Under the pieces are notes generated by a model. The model saw only the letters and a program-made list of their open reading frames with translations. It was not told where the DNA came from and searched no databases. The position numbers and the translations under genes are program-made. A stretch of DNA of 64,000 bases, taken from assembly GCA_030704615.1 (NCBI GenBank), contig CM060734.1:28768001-28832000 (forward strand). Reading direction: 5' to 3'. This document shows, one piece after another, positions 26,700 to 38,581 of this stretch. How positions within the stretch are numbered: position 1 is the stretch's first letter; each line of letters begins with the position of its first letter. The stretch is from Takakia lepidozioides (taxonomy: Eukaryota > Plantae > Bryophyta).

Positions 26700-26939
26700 T
26701 TTTATTTTATTTTATTTTTAAACCAGACCCTAGCACATACCAGGCTGGTATGACTTTTAAAATTTTGCTTAATACCATACCAGTCAGATTTTCACTTTGA
26801 TACCCTACCATATACCATATCAGGCTATTAAATTTATACATCATTTGATACCAGTACCATACTGGTTTCAATAATTCAAGTGTACCCCAATACCTTTACC
26901 CTAGTGGTATCAAAAAACCATGATACCAGTCCAACACTG
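26700..26939. mobile_element. Right end of hAT family related to 9277-9957
   Basis: Ends GATACCAGTCCAACACTG with repeated ATACC motifs; left end not found. Confidence 0.65.
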
Positions 26940-27070
26940 GTATGTACCACCCTTAAACTATATGCAGTTCTTATTCAAGTCCGGGAAGTTTGCATGGTAC
27001 CACAGTGCCTTCCATATGGCATTCTCTCTCCCTCTCCCTCCATGCCATTTAAACAAATAGGAGAACATAT

Positions 27071-27750
27071 GCCTCTCATTGTTTGATAATTGCGATTTCA
27101 ATGCGGGCACGTGTGGTTGCGGCGGGGCCCGCATGTGGGAGAGGGGGTCGCGACGGTTGGGGCGCCCCGTACCCGGCGGCAGTCAATTTGCTCGGGTGAG
27201 CCGCCCCGGGGCGCCCAGGGGAAGCGAGAGGGGGGAGCGAGTCTGTTGGGCCCACAAAACACTTGAAATATGTAGATAAATAATTAATTATTTCAAGGGT
27301 TTGTAGAAAGTAGTGGGAAGTGTGGTGGTAAAGAGCAACTTGTGATGAACATGAGGTTTGGTGTTCAAGTCTTGGTAGGTGATATTGTGGTGGTAATGTG
27401 TGTTAATTATAAATATATATTTTGTTTGAAGAGGGTCTGAAGGTTGGAGTTAGGCACTTGCCAGTTGGTCAGTCCGCTCGTCAATCGCCAGTCTGGTGAG
27501 TCGGCTCGCCAATAGCGAGTCTGCTGGTTAGTCCGCTCGCCAGTTGGAGTCAGTATGCTGGAGGAATCAGTCTCTTGGAGGTCTGGCCAGTCCGCTAGAA
27601 GAAGGTCCGCCGCCATTAAAGAACTAGGACTTAGAAAAAATTGAGAATCTAGACCCGGTGAAAGGCTGTTGGGTTCATGAGCTCACCCCATGGGCCGTAC
27701 TGGCGGGGCCCATAGGCGCATTAAATCGCTATTATCCTATAATGAGAGGC
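27071..27750. mobile_element. Mutator-like MITE, 9-bp TSD
   Basis: TIRs GCCTCTCATT..GATAAT.GCGATTT / AAATCGC.ATTATC..AATGAGAGGC; AGAACATAT at 27062-27070 and 27751-27759. Confidence 0.92.
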
Positions 27751-28452
27751 AGAACATATACTGACTAACTGAAGAAACTAGCAAACAATAGAGGAAGTGT
27801 TTGTAGATGAAGGGAATGTGCATACCCAATGCAGTTTCGCAGATATGTCAGTGTCAGGAAATAAATTGCCAACATATGCTTGAATCTCCACTGTGTGATG
27901 TGTGGCTAATTTGCTGACTAGCACCTCCACCTGTTACTTCCAATTATTAGAGAAAACTTCAAAACTCTTAAACCTAACTGATGCTCTCCACAGGCCTAGC
28001 CATCTTAAGCTTAGCAAGAAGTCCCGATGAGAGGGCATATCCGTAAATTCACCTGGATACTACCGATGATCTGTTTTGAGTGGCTATTGCAATCCCAGCT
28101 TGATGCACCCACCTCCAAAATGTCAAAATCAGGAATTGATTGTTCGCATTGACTGGTTAACCTTGAAAGGAGAATTTAAGACTGCACGTTTTAGCAGATG
28201 AGTGCAGTGTAGTGTTGGAGCTGGATGCAAAGCATACAGGGCTTACGGGCTTGCTCATGCTACAAAGCCCATGAGAGCTTTGCATACAGGGGCTCTCATG
28301 CTGCAAAGCTCTCATGTTACGGGCTTTGTGTGGGCTAAAAATCTCCTTTTACTTCAAGAGGCCCAAATTGGAGAGCTGTTGTTTCCCTCAATTTAAATAA
28401 ACGGATACTAGAACGACAACCGCCAAACAAAAAATGAAAAAGAGACTATTGG

Positions 28453-28700
28453 CCCCAAGAGAAAGGGCTGTGGATCAATAAATGTAGTACTTCTTTCAAG
28501 GATGTGGGCAATACTTGGGAGTATGAACCTGATTCGCAGACGATAAGGAATTCACATGTAACCAATATATCACAGACCCCCAAAGACAAAGGGCAGTGGA
28601 TCAAAAAATGTTGGACTTCTTTCAAGGACAATGGCAATAGTCGGGAATACTCGGGAGCAAGAACCTGATTGGCAGCCATGCGAAGGTTTTCACATGTATC
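28453..28700. repeat. Diverged tandem duplication (~125 bp)
   Basis: AAAGGGC.GTGGATCAA.AAATGT.G.ACTTCTTTCAAGGA at ~28461 and ~28588. Confidence 0.75.
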
Positions 28701-29956
28701 CAACATGTCACAGGGACTCTCCCGGGAAGGCACAGCCAATAAATTGTCACCACACCATTCAAAAAACTCAGCTAGACACTCTTTGGTAGGTGCCGACGTA
28801 GGAGCCTCTGAAACTGTGACACACTCCAGCCATAAACAGTCACACTGTATTGAGCTTAGTCCACCCCCCAGAACCAGGATCGATGTTTCTACATACTGAT
28901 ATAAAGGTCGTTTGTAGGCTATGTTTACAGTTAAGACTAAGGTGGTTCTGTTTTACAAAGCTGTTCAGTGGCTGAGAAACTGCACTGCTTTCTATCCCTA
29001 CGGGAACACACCTGGATTAGACCTTCGAGATGGTGCAATTTACAGAGTCTCAAAACCAACAACCCGGAAGACTCTCGGGGGGGTCACTCTTCATTAGGCT
29101 ACAACACCATGTGAGATCAATATTTTTCCGCACAGGGGGTTTTGAAAAAAAAATCTTGTACGAAATATATGTACGGGCAGGGGTATGATTGGTCAAAATG
29201 TTTAAGTATACGGAGGGGTAATGCATTTATATAAACTTTACAAAATTTTATATATACATATAAGGGTGCAAGTTTTTTTTTTGCATTTGTAGATGGGATT
29301 TGACCCTAAGACCACTTGAGTTTTGCTAAGATGTACTGTGCGGTTGAGATCTCTTCTTTGCTTTTCCCTCCTTTTTCACGCTTAGCAACCCTAGTTTCCC
29401 CGCGTCTTTCTCGTGGCGGCGCCAACAGCTCGATCTGTCTAAGTGGTTTCCAAAATCTCCAGACTCTATGTAGTGATTGCGCTCCTTCTTCGAGTCCCCG
29501 ATGGCTGTAGATTTCCTGGCTAAGATATTGTGGAAGATGATTCCCTGAATTGTCAAGTGCATCATCAATAGTAGAGTTCCAGTGCGGACTTTGTTCAACT
29601 TTCTTCATTGTGCAGGCTCTGGCATTTTTGTTCATGTGATCTGCCAACTCGTCAGCCGCAGCAGCAATGCATTAGGTATAAACGCAGGTGCCACAGTGCG
29701 GCAACTTACTTGAATCTGAATGCGGCTTGGGGAGGGATTTTTGCATTTGCGGTACTGCTTCAGATTATTCTAGGAGATCTCCACGTGAAGGATTATGACA
29801 TGAAGTGTTGTGGCCATATGTATTAAGATATTGTGGTGGCCTCTACATCTCGAACTTTTAGGTGCAAACATGATTAGCTATTTGTCAGCTTTTTTCATTA
29901 CAGCTATATGCTTGATAGGTCCACTGAGATATGGAAGTTTTGCCTCATTGTTACAG

Positions 29957-31137
29957 AACACCAGAGAAGCAGCATAGGCAATCAAGCACTTTGAGCTTGC
30001 GAAGGCCAAGCGGTACTTGGAAGATGTGCTAGCCTACAAACAAGATATTCCTTTCCGCCGTTTCTACACAGCTCAAGCGAAGTCGCGACATTCTAATGGA
30101 CAGGGACGATGGCCTGTGAAGTCTGCTACTTTCTTGCTTGGATTGTTGAAGAAAACAGAGAGCAATGTTGAAGTGTTGACTTCATCACCCTTCACTTCTC
30201 TCTCCAATTTTTGAGTGCTCTTGGAAGCAATCATGCTTCAAGTTATACCCGCTCCTTCTATCAAGTATTTGCAAAAGTTTAGCCTGCCATTAACATCTGT
30301 GGCATTTTTCTTGTGTGCTTGTCATGTGTTTTGGTGACTCGGTCTTGCTGTCGACACGCTCGTCATTTCACACATACAGGTCAACAAGGCCCAGAAGCAG
30401 CGCCACCGAACCTACTGAGCACATGATCGCAGCACTAGTCGTGCGCATCATACCTTTTCCCTTTAATCTAGCTGGTTCTCAGCCCAAGCAGAGGTTATTT
30501 TTGCCTAGGATGTGAAAATGTTAGCATATCTTGAAGTGTTTGGTAGACTCGCTATGCCGAGATATATTCCAGTGGTTCTGTTAGCTGGTTAATCTCGCTT
30601 GCAGAACATAATATCCACGTCGTACAGCAGACAGTCGTCTTAGGTCTTCAGAATAACCACTGGTGACTTCTAGTTCAACTTGCAGCCTACATGTCATCGC
30701 CTTGCCCTCTTGAGCTGACTCTCTCAAAGAAGGAGGTTGCTGTGAAGAAAGAGGTGGGTTTTATTACCATGAATCTGTTTCCGTATGCTCTTTTGTTTGT
30801 CTGGACTATAGAATAAAGCATTACTTGTGGGGAAAAGTACTCAATTTCCTTCCAGGAGTGGTAGTAAACTTAGGTGCAGAGCCGAAATCTGACAAGGAGT
30901 GTACTTGGCTGATTGTTGATCTACTCATGCAACAATTGGAAATGTTACTAGCCACCAAACGTTCAGACAGTTTAGAATCACATGGACTTCAGAGTTTAGG
31001 GTTCTTCCTCTTGTTGTGTCATCTGCTTATTCTATGGATGGCGGTGTTTGACGTGGCAGGTGGACACAGAGATTATTCCTAGGAGGTCCCGTAAACAACA
31101 AGCGCACTTGCGAAGTGGTGCCTCCTCCTCCTCATAG
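29957..31137 (+). pseudogene. RPL17: 60S ribosomal protein L17 (uL22) copy with introns, inside the transposon
   Basis: Exons 29957-30172 ([36 protein letters not shown]), ~30340-30440 (GL.VD.L.ISHIQVNKAQKQR.RTY*AH), 30686-30753 (YMSSPC.LELTLS.KE..VKKE), 31083-31137 (..LRSGASSSS*). Stops present and GVGR deleted. Confidence 0.93.
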
Positions 31138-32569
31138 ACAAGCATCGACCATAGCTCTTATGTCAGGTTTTAGCCCTGTCTTGTTTCCTGTGTAGTGTAC
31201 TCTAGCTGAAGATCGAGTCATTGCTCTAGTAACAGCGCGTCCATTTATTTTCTCTCATTGTCCAAATCTATGTGCAATTATCAGGTGGAAAATAATCGAG
31301 GGTTGGGACGTGGTTGGATGGCATGGCAGGGACATATGATTCAAGAGGGTGAAGTGGTATGCTACTTAATGGAGCAGCTAGGAACCTAGCAACCTGTGGA
31401 GGTAGGTAGAGTCTTCCTATATGGAAAGATGATTGACTTAAGATGCCTGAAATTTTTTAGGCTAAGAATGTGTTCTTGAGATTATATGTTTCTCTCTTGA
31501 CGCAGGTCTCCAAATCGGGTGTACAGATAAAGCTATTATTTAAGAGCCCTTTCAGGTTAAGCACAGTATGTGTTTAAGATTATGTGCATTTACCAAACTT
31601 CAATGGGCTTCAAAACCCAGCCCTTTTGAAAATTCTGAGTTTCCTAGAGTGAGTGAACAAGCCTAAAAACCTTGAGCACTCCCTCATTGAAGGCAAAGGA
31701 CTAGTTATGCAAACTTGAGATGGCCAAATGATTGTCTTAGTGTGAAGACTAAGTTCTGAAACTGATCACTGCAGGCTGAAACTAAGATGAGGTTGTGAAG
31801 GTCTTGTGGAAAGATGGAGGTCAGTCTCTTTTTCATTGCACACATGTTTTTATTGCCCTTTGTATTTATGGTAGCTAAAGAGAGGTTTGCAACAGTTGAT
31901 GTTAACGTGCCTTTTGTATCTAGGAGCTGCTGAGTGACACGTATTTAATCGTCAAATTGGCAGGCATTGCTCCTTATGCTTCTTGCACCTTGTATAACTT
32001 CTTCATATGCAACATGTTGCTATGGTGGTGACATAGTAGGTCTATTTCCTAAGGCCTTTGTTTTTGACATGCAAAACCGGTAGGATATGGAGACCCACTG
32101 ATTGTCATCCGCCCACCTTTCCCTTGTATCGAGAAGCTGACTTAGGGAGTGTGGTCCCATGTGCCTTGCAGGATGTCACGACATCGGAACTGGCGGTTCT
32201 AAGCGGTATCGTCCTGGTCAGTCTAGTCGGTATGGTCTTGGTCAGTCTGGTCTATAATGTCAATCGAGTCTAATCCAGTCGAGTCAAATAGGGTAGTTAG
32301 GATACTCCCGGGGGTGGTCTTTAAGTCTAATGTCTAAGTCCTAAGAATTTTATCTAATAATCACATGTCATCTAAGAGGGTATGCAACTGAATGGAGGGC
32401 CTGCCATTCAGTTGTTTGCTTCAACACACATAATGAACACATAAATCCTTCAATCATTTATGCGGCCTCCAACATCGAGTATATCGACATGGAAGAACGT
32501 CTGGAGCTTTTGAATGAGGTATATCCATGTGGCCGTGAGTTGAGCAAGACCACTGGGATGCCGGTGGGA

Positions 32570-33055
32570 GGACTGCATGTGGTAAGTGTTCTCAATTCTT
32601 TTCAGTGATGTTGATTTTTCATTGATGTACTCTTTTGATTTAGAGGTTACCATGAGGTTTCTTCAAATGATTCAGATGTGTTAATGTGTACTTGCAAACA
32701 GACTGCACAGTGCCCATGCAATGCGGAGTTGTGGTAAGTCAAAAATACTTTGGTGCAAGATTGATAGAATATGAGGTATGTTAACTTCTAACTAATGTCT
32801 ATTTGTAGAAGAATTATAGTTAGAACTTCAGTTTTGGACTGCCTGTGGTAACTGTTCTTAGTTCTTTTCAGCAATGTTGATTTTATTGATGTACTCGTTT
32901 GACTTAGAGGTTGTCATAAGCAAATGATTCAGATGTGTTAATCTATCATTGCAAACAGATTGCACGGTGTGTCCCTGCAGCGAGTTGTGGTAAGTCAAAA
33001 ATACTTTGGTGCAAAATATGAGGTATGCTAATTTCTATCTAATGCCTATTTGTTA
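32570..33055. repeat. Tandem duplication of ~265 bp
   Basis: GGACTGC.TGTGGTAA..CAAATGATTCAGATGTGTTAAT..GTTGTGGTAAGTCAAAAATACTTTGGTGCAA repeated at ~32570 and ~32836. Confidence 0.85.
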
Positions 33056-33888
33056 CTTCAGTTTTGGTTAGTGTGGCTACAAAATAGAGAGGGGAAAAGG
33101 AAGAATAGAGGAACGGGGTCATAGAAATGGTAATCGCCATGCTAAAAAGCTCATGGAATGTTATATAGTCTACGTTAAACTGATTTTTCATATGAAGATA
33201 GGTCTAAATGCTTATAGAATGATATGTAGAATGTTTCTCATTTTAGAGAGGATATGCTTCTGGATTTGAGATTTTGTTCATGTCATATTACCTTTTGCTT
33301 GTATGTGCAGGTTAACAGTTGTGACTAGATGGATACTTCTACACTAAGTTCACTATTAAATTGGGTTTAGTGTCAAACCATAGACCATAGAACCTTTCAA
33401 TTCACAGCCTTTGTCCATAAGAGATTGAAAATTCAGATAACAAAACTTGCGCGGAAGCGCTGTCAAAATTCTAGCAAGAATGAAATAATAATGAGGGACG
33501 CGGAAGCGCTGCCCAAATTATTTCACGTTGCTCTGAATTGGGAATGAATGTATAATTGAACATATAATGAACAATATATTATATATTACATAGCAGATTT
33601 ATTGTCATAAATAACTACTATGATGATAATGGGATGCATATATTCAATGTATGCATCTCAAAACCTGAGTAGTTATCAACCTTAATGAATATGGATTATC
33701 CATTTGTTAGTTTTATGGTCTGATGGGATGATCTAGTCTTGGAGTTGGTGGTTACAATTTGCATTTTTAGTTAGAATATATATATAATTAGTATCTGATT
33801 TTCTTCTATCTGGTTAGCAATTATGATTCCATAGTATAGACATATTATGTGAATGTTGTATAAATTAGAAAGTGGAAGTTTATGAAAG

Positions 33889-33955
33889 GGGGGAGGAAGA
33901 AGAAGAAAGTCCACCGTTCAGCCTGAACGGTGGACTTTCTTCTTCTTCCTCCCCC
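33889..33955. repeat. Perfect 33-bp-arm palindrome
   Basis: GGGGGAGGAAGAAGAAGAAAGTCCACCGTTCAG-C-CTGAACGGTGGACTTTCTTCTTCTTCCTCCCCC. Confidence 0.95.
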
Positions 33956-34045
33956 TTTTTTTTTTGGTTGTATCATGGTTCAAAACCCTAATTATCTCTT
34001 AGGTATTGACTTTTTGATATTCTGTGTAGGGTAAGATCTAAGACA

Positions 34046-37000
34046 ATGGAAGAGGTGTGGGAGATAAAGGTGTATGAAGAAGGAGTGCAACAAGGAGTTG
34101 TGGATGTACCAGCAGTAGCCACTTTGGAAATCGTACGAAGAGAAATAGAATTGGATGCTCTTGTGGAATTTGAGTACAATTTCTTGACAAAGGAGGGGTC
34201 CATTTTGAAGGAGAGTCAAGAAGCAAGAAGAGCTGTTGCAATTGACAAGACTGTTAATATCAAAAGACGACAAGTGAAGCATGTCAACCAAGAAAAACAG
34301 ATTGAGGGGAGTCAATCTATCCCTTCACATTCCAGAGAGGATGCAAACATTGGTCATGAGGAATTTCCAGGGGATGTGTTATCACAGGGGGCTCTTTCTC
34401 AGGGACGTTGTTCCGATAATCGTGACTATCTCATAGCTCAACATACACAAGAGAGAGATCTCAACTCTACGCCTCCGTCGGTTTCTTGGAAGGAAAGCAT
34501 CTTAATGAGTGAAACCATGGTGGCCAAATGGGAGAGTGGTATTTTCAATACTATGAAGAAACTACGTGGTTTGGATCCACCACGAGATGATGAATTCGAG
34601 CTCGAGACATTTGATTCATTTGGCATTCCATATGCACGGTTATGGTGTCATGAATGTCAAAAAGAATATGGGTCCAGGTGCACACTTGATAAAGATCCAA
34701 ACATGGTGTTGGACAATTTTTTCAGGAAGCACGTCCGAGGTTGCACCAAACACGAAAAGAATTATGTTGCACGTCGGAAAAGAAAATTGAAAGATGGTGT
34801 CCAACTAGTCACTTCCTTGGTTGCTGAAAATGGGCATCCTCCACTTACTTTCCCTCCAATCACAAACAACTTCAAAGTTGTGATTGATGAAGCAATTTCT
34901 GAACTTGAAGCTTTCAACAATGAGAGGGCAGATGCACGTTTTTTGGTAATTGACCATACAATTGATTATAGTGACCATCGGCGTGTGAAATTCAGATGTG
35001 AGATATGTCGTGATCGTTTCTTTCAGCTTTGTCCTCAAACTGGAAATTTGAGGACAAGCATGATAGAACATCTAAAGGCCAATCGTCACATTGTGAATTA
35101 TGGTAAAGAACAGACTGGAGAGGAGGAGGGAGGTGTGGCTCGTACTGGGCTCAGAGGTCGACCCAAGAAACGAACTATTCTTCCAAATCAGACCTCATTG
35201 TCCACTTTTTTCCGACGTGTGGTTTCTAAGCCTAATGATGGGGCGATTGAGTCAAGTTCTTCAGAGGACTTGCGCCCAACTATGGAGATGAGATCAGAAA
35301 AGGTTGATGGAGGCGTTTGTGATGAAAGGACCGCGAAGGGTTTTTCACCGCTACCATCGTCTTCCGCTGGTTTTTATGTGGAGCTTCCCCTGGAAGAGAG
35401 CCGAGAACATCTTCCTAGTCATTCTCGTTCAACTACTACAACTGCCCCAAGTAAGAGCATAACAACACATCTCAATTGTTTATGTTGGGGACTATGGGAG
35501 GACACAATAAAGGTGAATGGAAAAAATCTGTTTATCAAACCATTGCTTGATGATCAAAACCGTGGGAGATGTTGGTGGGCTGAACCACATGCACAAGAGG
35601 TGCTCTTCGATGGCAATAGAGAGTGGAAGATCAATGGTTTGTTTAGGCATGAGAAATGCAAAAAGATCTCAAAAGATGATGATCCATTCGAGGGATTTAG
35701 CTGCTCATACTGCCAAAGCATTCCTCAAATTACTAATTTCCGTCATCGAGTATATAGAGAGTCAAAGGCAAAAGAGAAAAGAGGTGAAAGGAAAATAGTC
35801 CAAGGACGAAGAATTGATTATTTGACTCAAACTGAATTGAAGCAAGAAGCTGGTTTGTATGGAAGGAAAGTGAGAGATTTGAAGCGGTCATTGTTTTGGG
35901 AGAAACAAAAGACTGTGATGTTGTCAGTGCGGATCCGAACCATGAAGGAGGCAAATAAAGAGGCTTGGAAGAGAAAATATATCAGGAAATTTTGCAACAA
36001 TATTGTGGATGCTCATAGATCTGGGAAGTTTGGGGGAAAGAAAGCTTTGTGGAGTTGGTTACAGGATATTGGAACAAATCTGATGAGGAAGAAACAGGGC
36101 CACAGATACTGTAAGACATCCACCGCTATAGCTGAAACAGTTAAATTGTGGGGTGGCCCACGATTGCACAATTTTTTGTGCGATAATTTGATGGGACCAT
36201 CCATCTCTTCTACAAAACGTGTGGCTCACAAAGCTATAGATTTTGTGCCAGGACAGCACGAGTTTATATTCAAAGCTATCGGTCAAATATATAGTGATGC
36301 GATGAAAAAGCATGCGATTACTTCACGAGTCCCAGTGATGTTGGTGGAAGATGAAACATCAATCAAAAGATATATTAGGTAAACTAAATTTCAGAGACCT
36401 GATATTATGTTTAGATGTCATTTCCATTGGTGCTATACTATTCTGATCAATTATCGTGATATGCATAGCATGCCTAACCATCTTCATTTGATTGTGGCAA
36501 TGTAGATGAAATGCAAAGTCGGATGTGCTAGTGGGCTTCTGTGGGACAAAATGAGATGAGCATGAGTGTGTATCAGATTTCATGGTTCAGGTTGGTGCTG
36601 GAAAAGAGGGCTATGAAAACATCGTTGGAGCTTTTACAAATGGGGTTAGATGTAATTATGCCACTGCATGCTCTTCTTCCACGCATTGTACTAGTGGTTC
36701 AAGGGACTTGCAATAAGTTTACTTCAGATTTTGTTCGTGATCAATGGCAGAAAATTGAACACATGTGGAGGACAAGTGTTGAAAGATTCATAGGGCCTAT
36801 TGTGGGTCATGCGTCTGATGGTGATGCTCGAAGGAGAAGCCTTATGTTGAGTGATTACTTGAGCATGGATGGGGTACGGTTTGACATAGATTGGTGTGGC
36901 TGGAAAATGTCTGGAAAAATGGTAGAAGGGCAGGTGGGTGGCCTACATGATCAAGACTTTATACATAATGGGAAAAAGCTTATTAATCCATTGGATAGCC

Positions 37001-37708
37001 CAGTTAGGGTTCTGGAGTTGGGAGGCCATATTGTTGGTTTGGGGCATGTTGCTATGGTGTACTTCAATTTTGCAGTTGATGAGCATGGATTGAAAGAGGG
37101 AGACTATTTGAGAGAAGATAGACAAAATTGGGCAGCAACACAACGGATTGCAAGCAGACATGTGCAAATATGTCTTCAAGCTCTACATGATGGGAATTAC
37201 AAAGGCGATCAAACAAGAAGATACAATTGGTACCAAAGCATATTTGGAGGTGGTGGGAGACTACATTGATATTTTTCTATCTACCACTTTGGGTCTTCAC
37301 GAGAAGGTTCGATTGGCATCCAAAGTTTCATATTTTTTCAGGTTGTGGCGTCTTTGGCTTCATCATAGCGATGCCCATGAGGTGAAGAAGAATTTCATAA
37401 GCATGCAGGCATTTCTTGACATTCAGATGTCATGTCACTTTGTTGTGCTCTTGATTAAGTTGTTTCGAGACTACTATCCAACCTTGGAGTGTCCGTTACA
37501 TCTCACTGGATCTGATGCAGCAGAAATTTTCTTTAGCAAGGTGGGAGGGATGATTAGTCAAGAATGAGTTTTTGACTTGGGTGATTTACTTCATAGCTCT
37601 GGAGCTTTGAATAGGATTGCAGAGCATGAGTATAGTTCAGATGGGCCAGAATACAAACGTGCACACTCCAAACAAGAGCATGTGTGGACATCATTGCACA
37701 AAAAACAT
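34046..37708 (+). pseudogene. P-element/THAP9-like DDE transposase, N-terminal and catalytic part
   Basis: Exon 34046-36378, intron 36379-36505 (GT..AG), exon 36506-~37708. Motifs VEDET, GHASDGD, QDFIHNGKKLINPL, DRQN, GSDAAEIFFS occur in P-transposase order. Two C2H2-like fingers N-terminally. Stops and frameshifts in exon 2. Confidence 0.8.
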
Positions 37709-38581
37709 GCTGAGGTGACCACTTGGCTATCTGATGGGCGTTCACTATTGTGTATACTCAAAATGAGGTAAGAATCAATCTCATGTGCTTAATGTGCATG
37801 ATTGCAGGAGTCTTCCCTGGGGGGTTCACTCTTGGTATAAACATCATAACATGTGCGATCAAGACATGTTTTTTAATACCTCTGTACTTAGCATTGGACA
37901 GTGATTATGACCCCCTTTATGTATTTTAATTATCAATTTATCCATCCCTTGTGTATAAAATCTTGTACAAATTTTTCTTTTTAAAAAAACCCCTCCTCGG
38001 CATTTTGTATATATTTTAAAGCATTTAAAAAAATCCTTTGTTCATACATTTACATACTTTGTATTTGGGCTCAAATTGAAAATCTTGTTTTCATCTTTCT
38101 CGTAAGCATATAGTTCTACGTACCAAACCTTGATCATAAGCATTATACATTATTCTTTGAGTCTTGAGGCGTGTGATTAAGAGCAATATACAAGGCTGGC
38201 TATAAACTTCAGTAAAATTGCCCAATCGAATTGATTCCTCAAGCAACGTATGAATTCATCTAAGTGATAATTATATATACAAAAAGACTATTGTAAAAAT
38301 AATGGTCATACATTTTCAGTGTGAATGAGAGAGTAGTGGTCATAGCATTTCAATGTGTAAGAGAGAAGAGAAAATTCACATTGTCTATAATACATTGATG
38401 ACCATCCAAATTATCAACCAATGTCTTGGAAGTTGTTCTATGTGTATATTGTAGTTTGATAGCATATCAGTGTCTGTCACTTTGTACCTAACATTTTAGA
38501 ACTCAAGGTTGTTTCTTCTTTTGTAATGACTAAGATAGCCTAGTGTTTAACGTAAACATTATCAAGGCACCTTAGGTGGTA

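Noticed and set aside
27320-27380. tRNA-like B box (GTTCAAGTC) inside the MITE
   Set aside because: Too degenerate to call.
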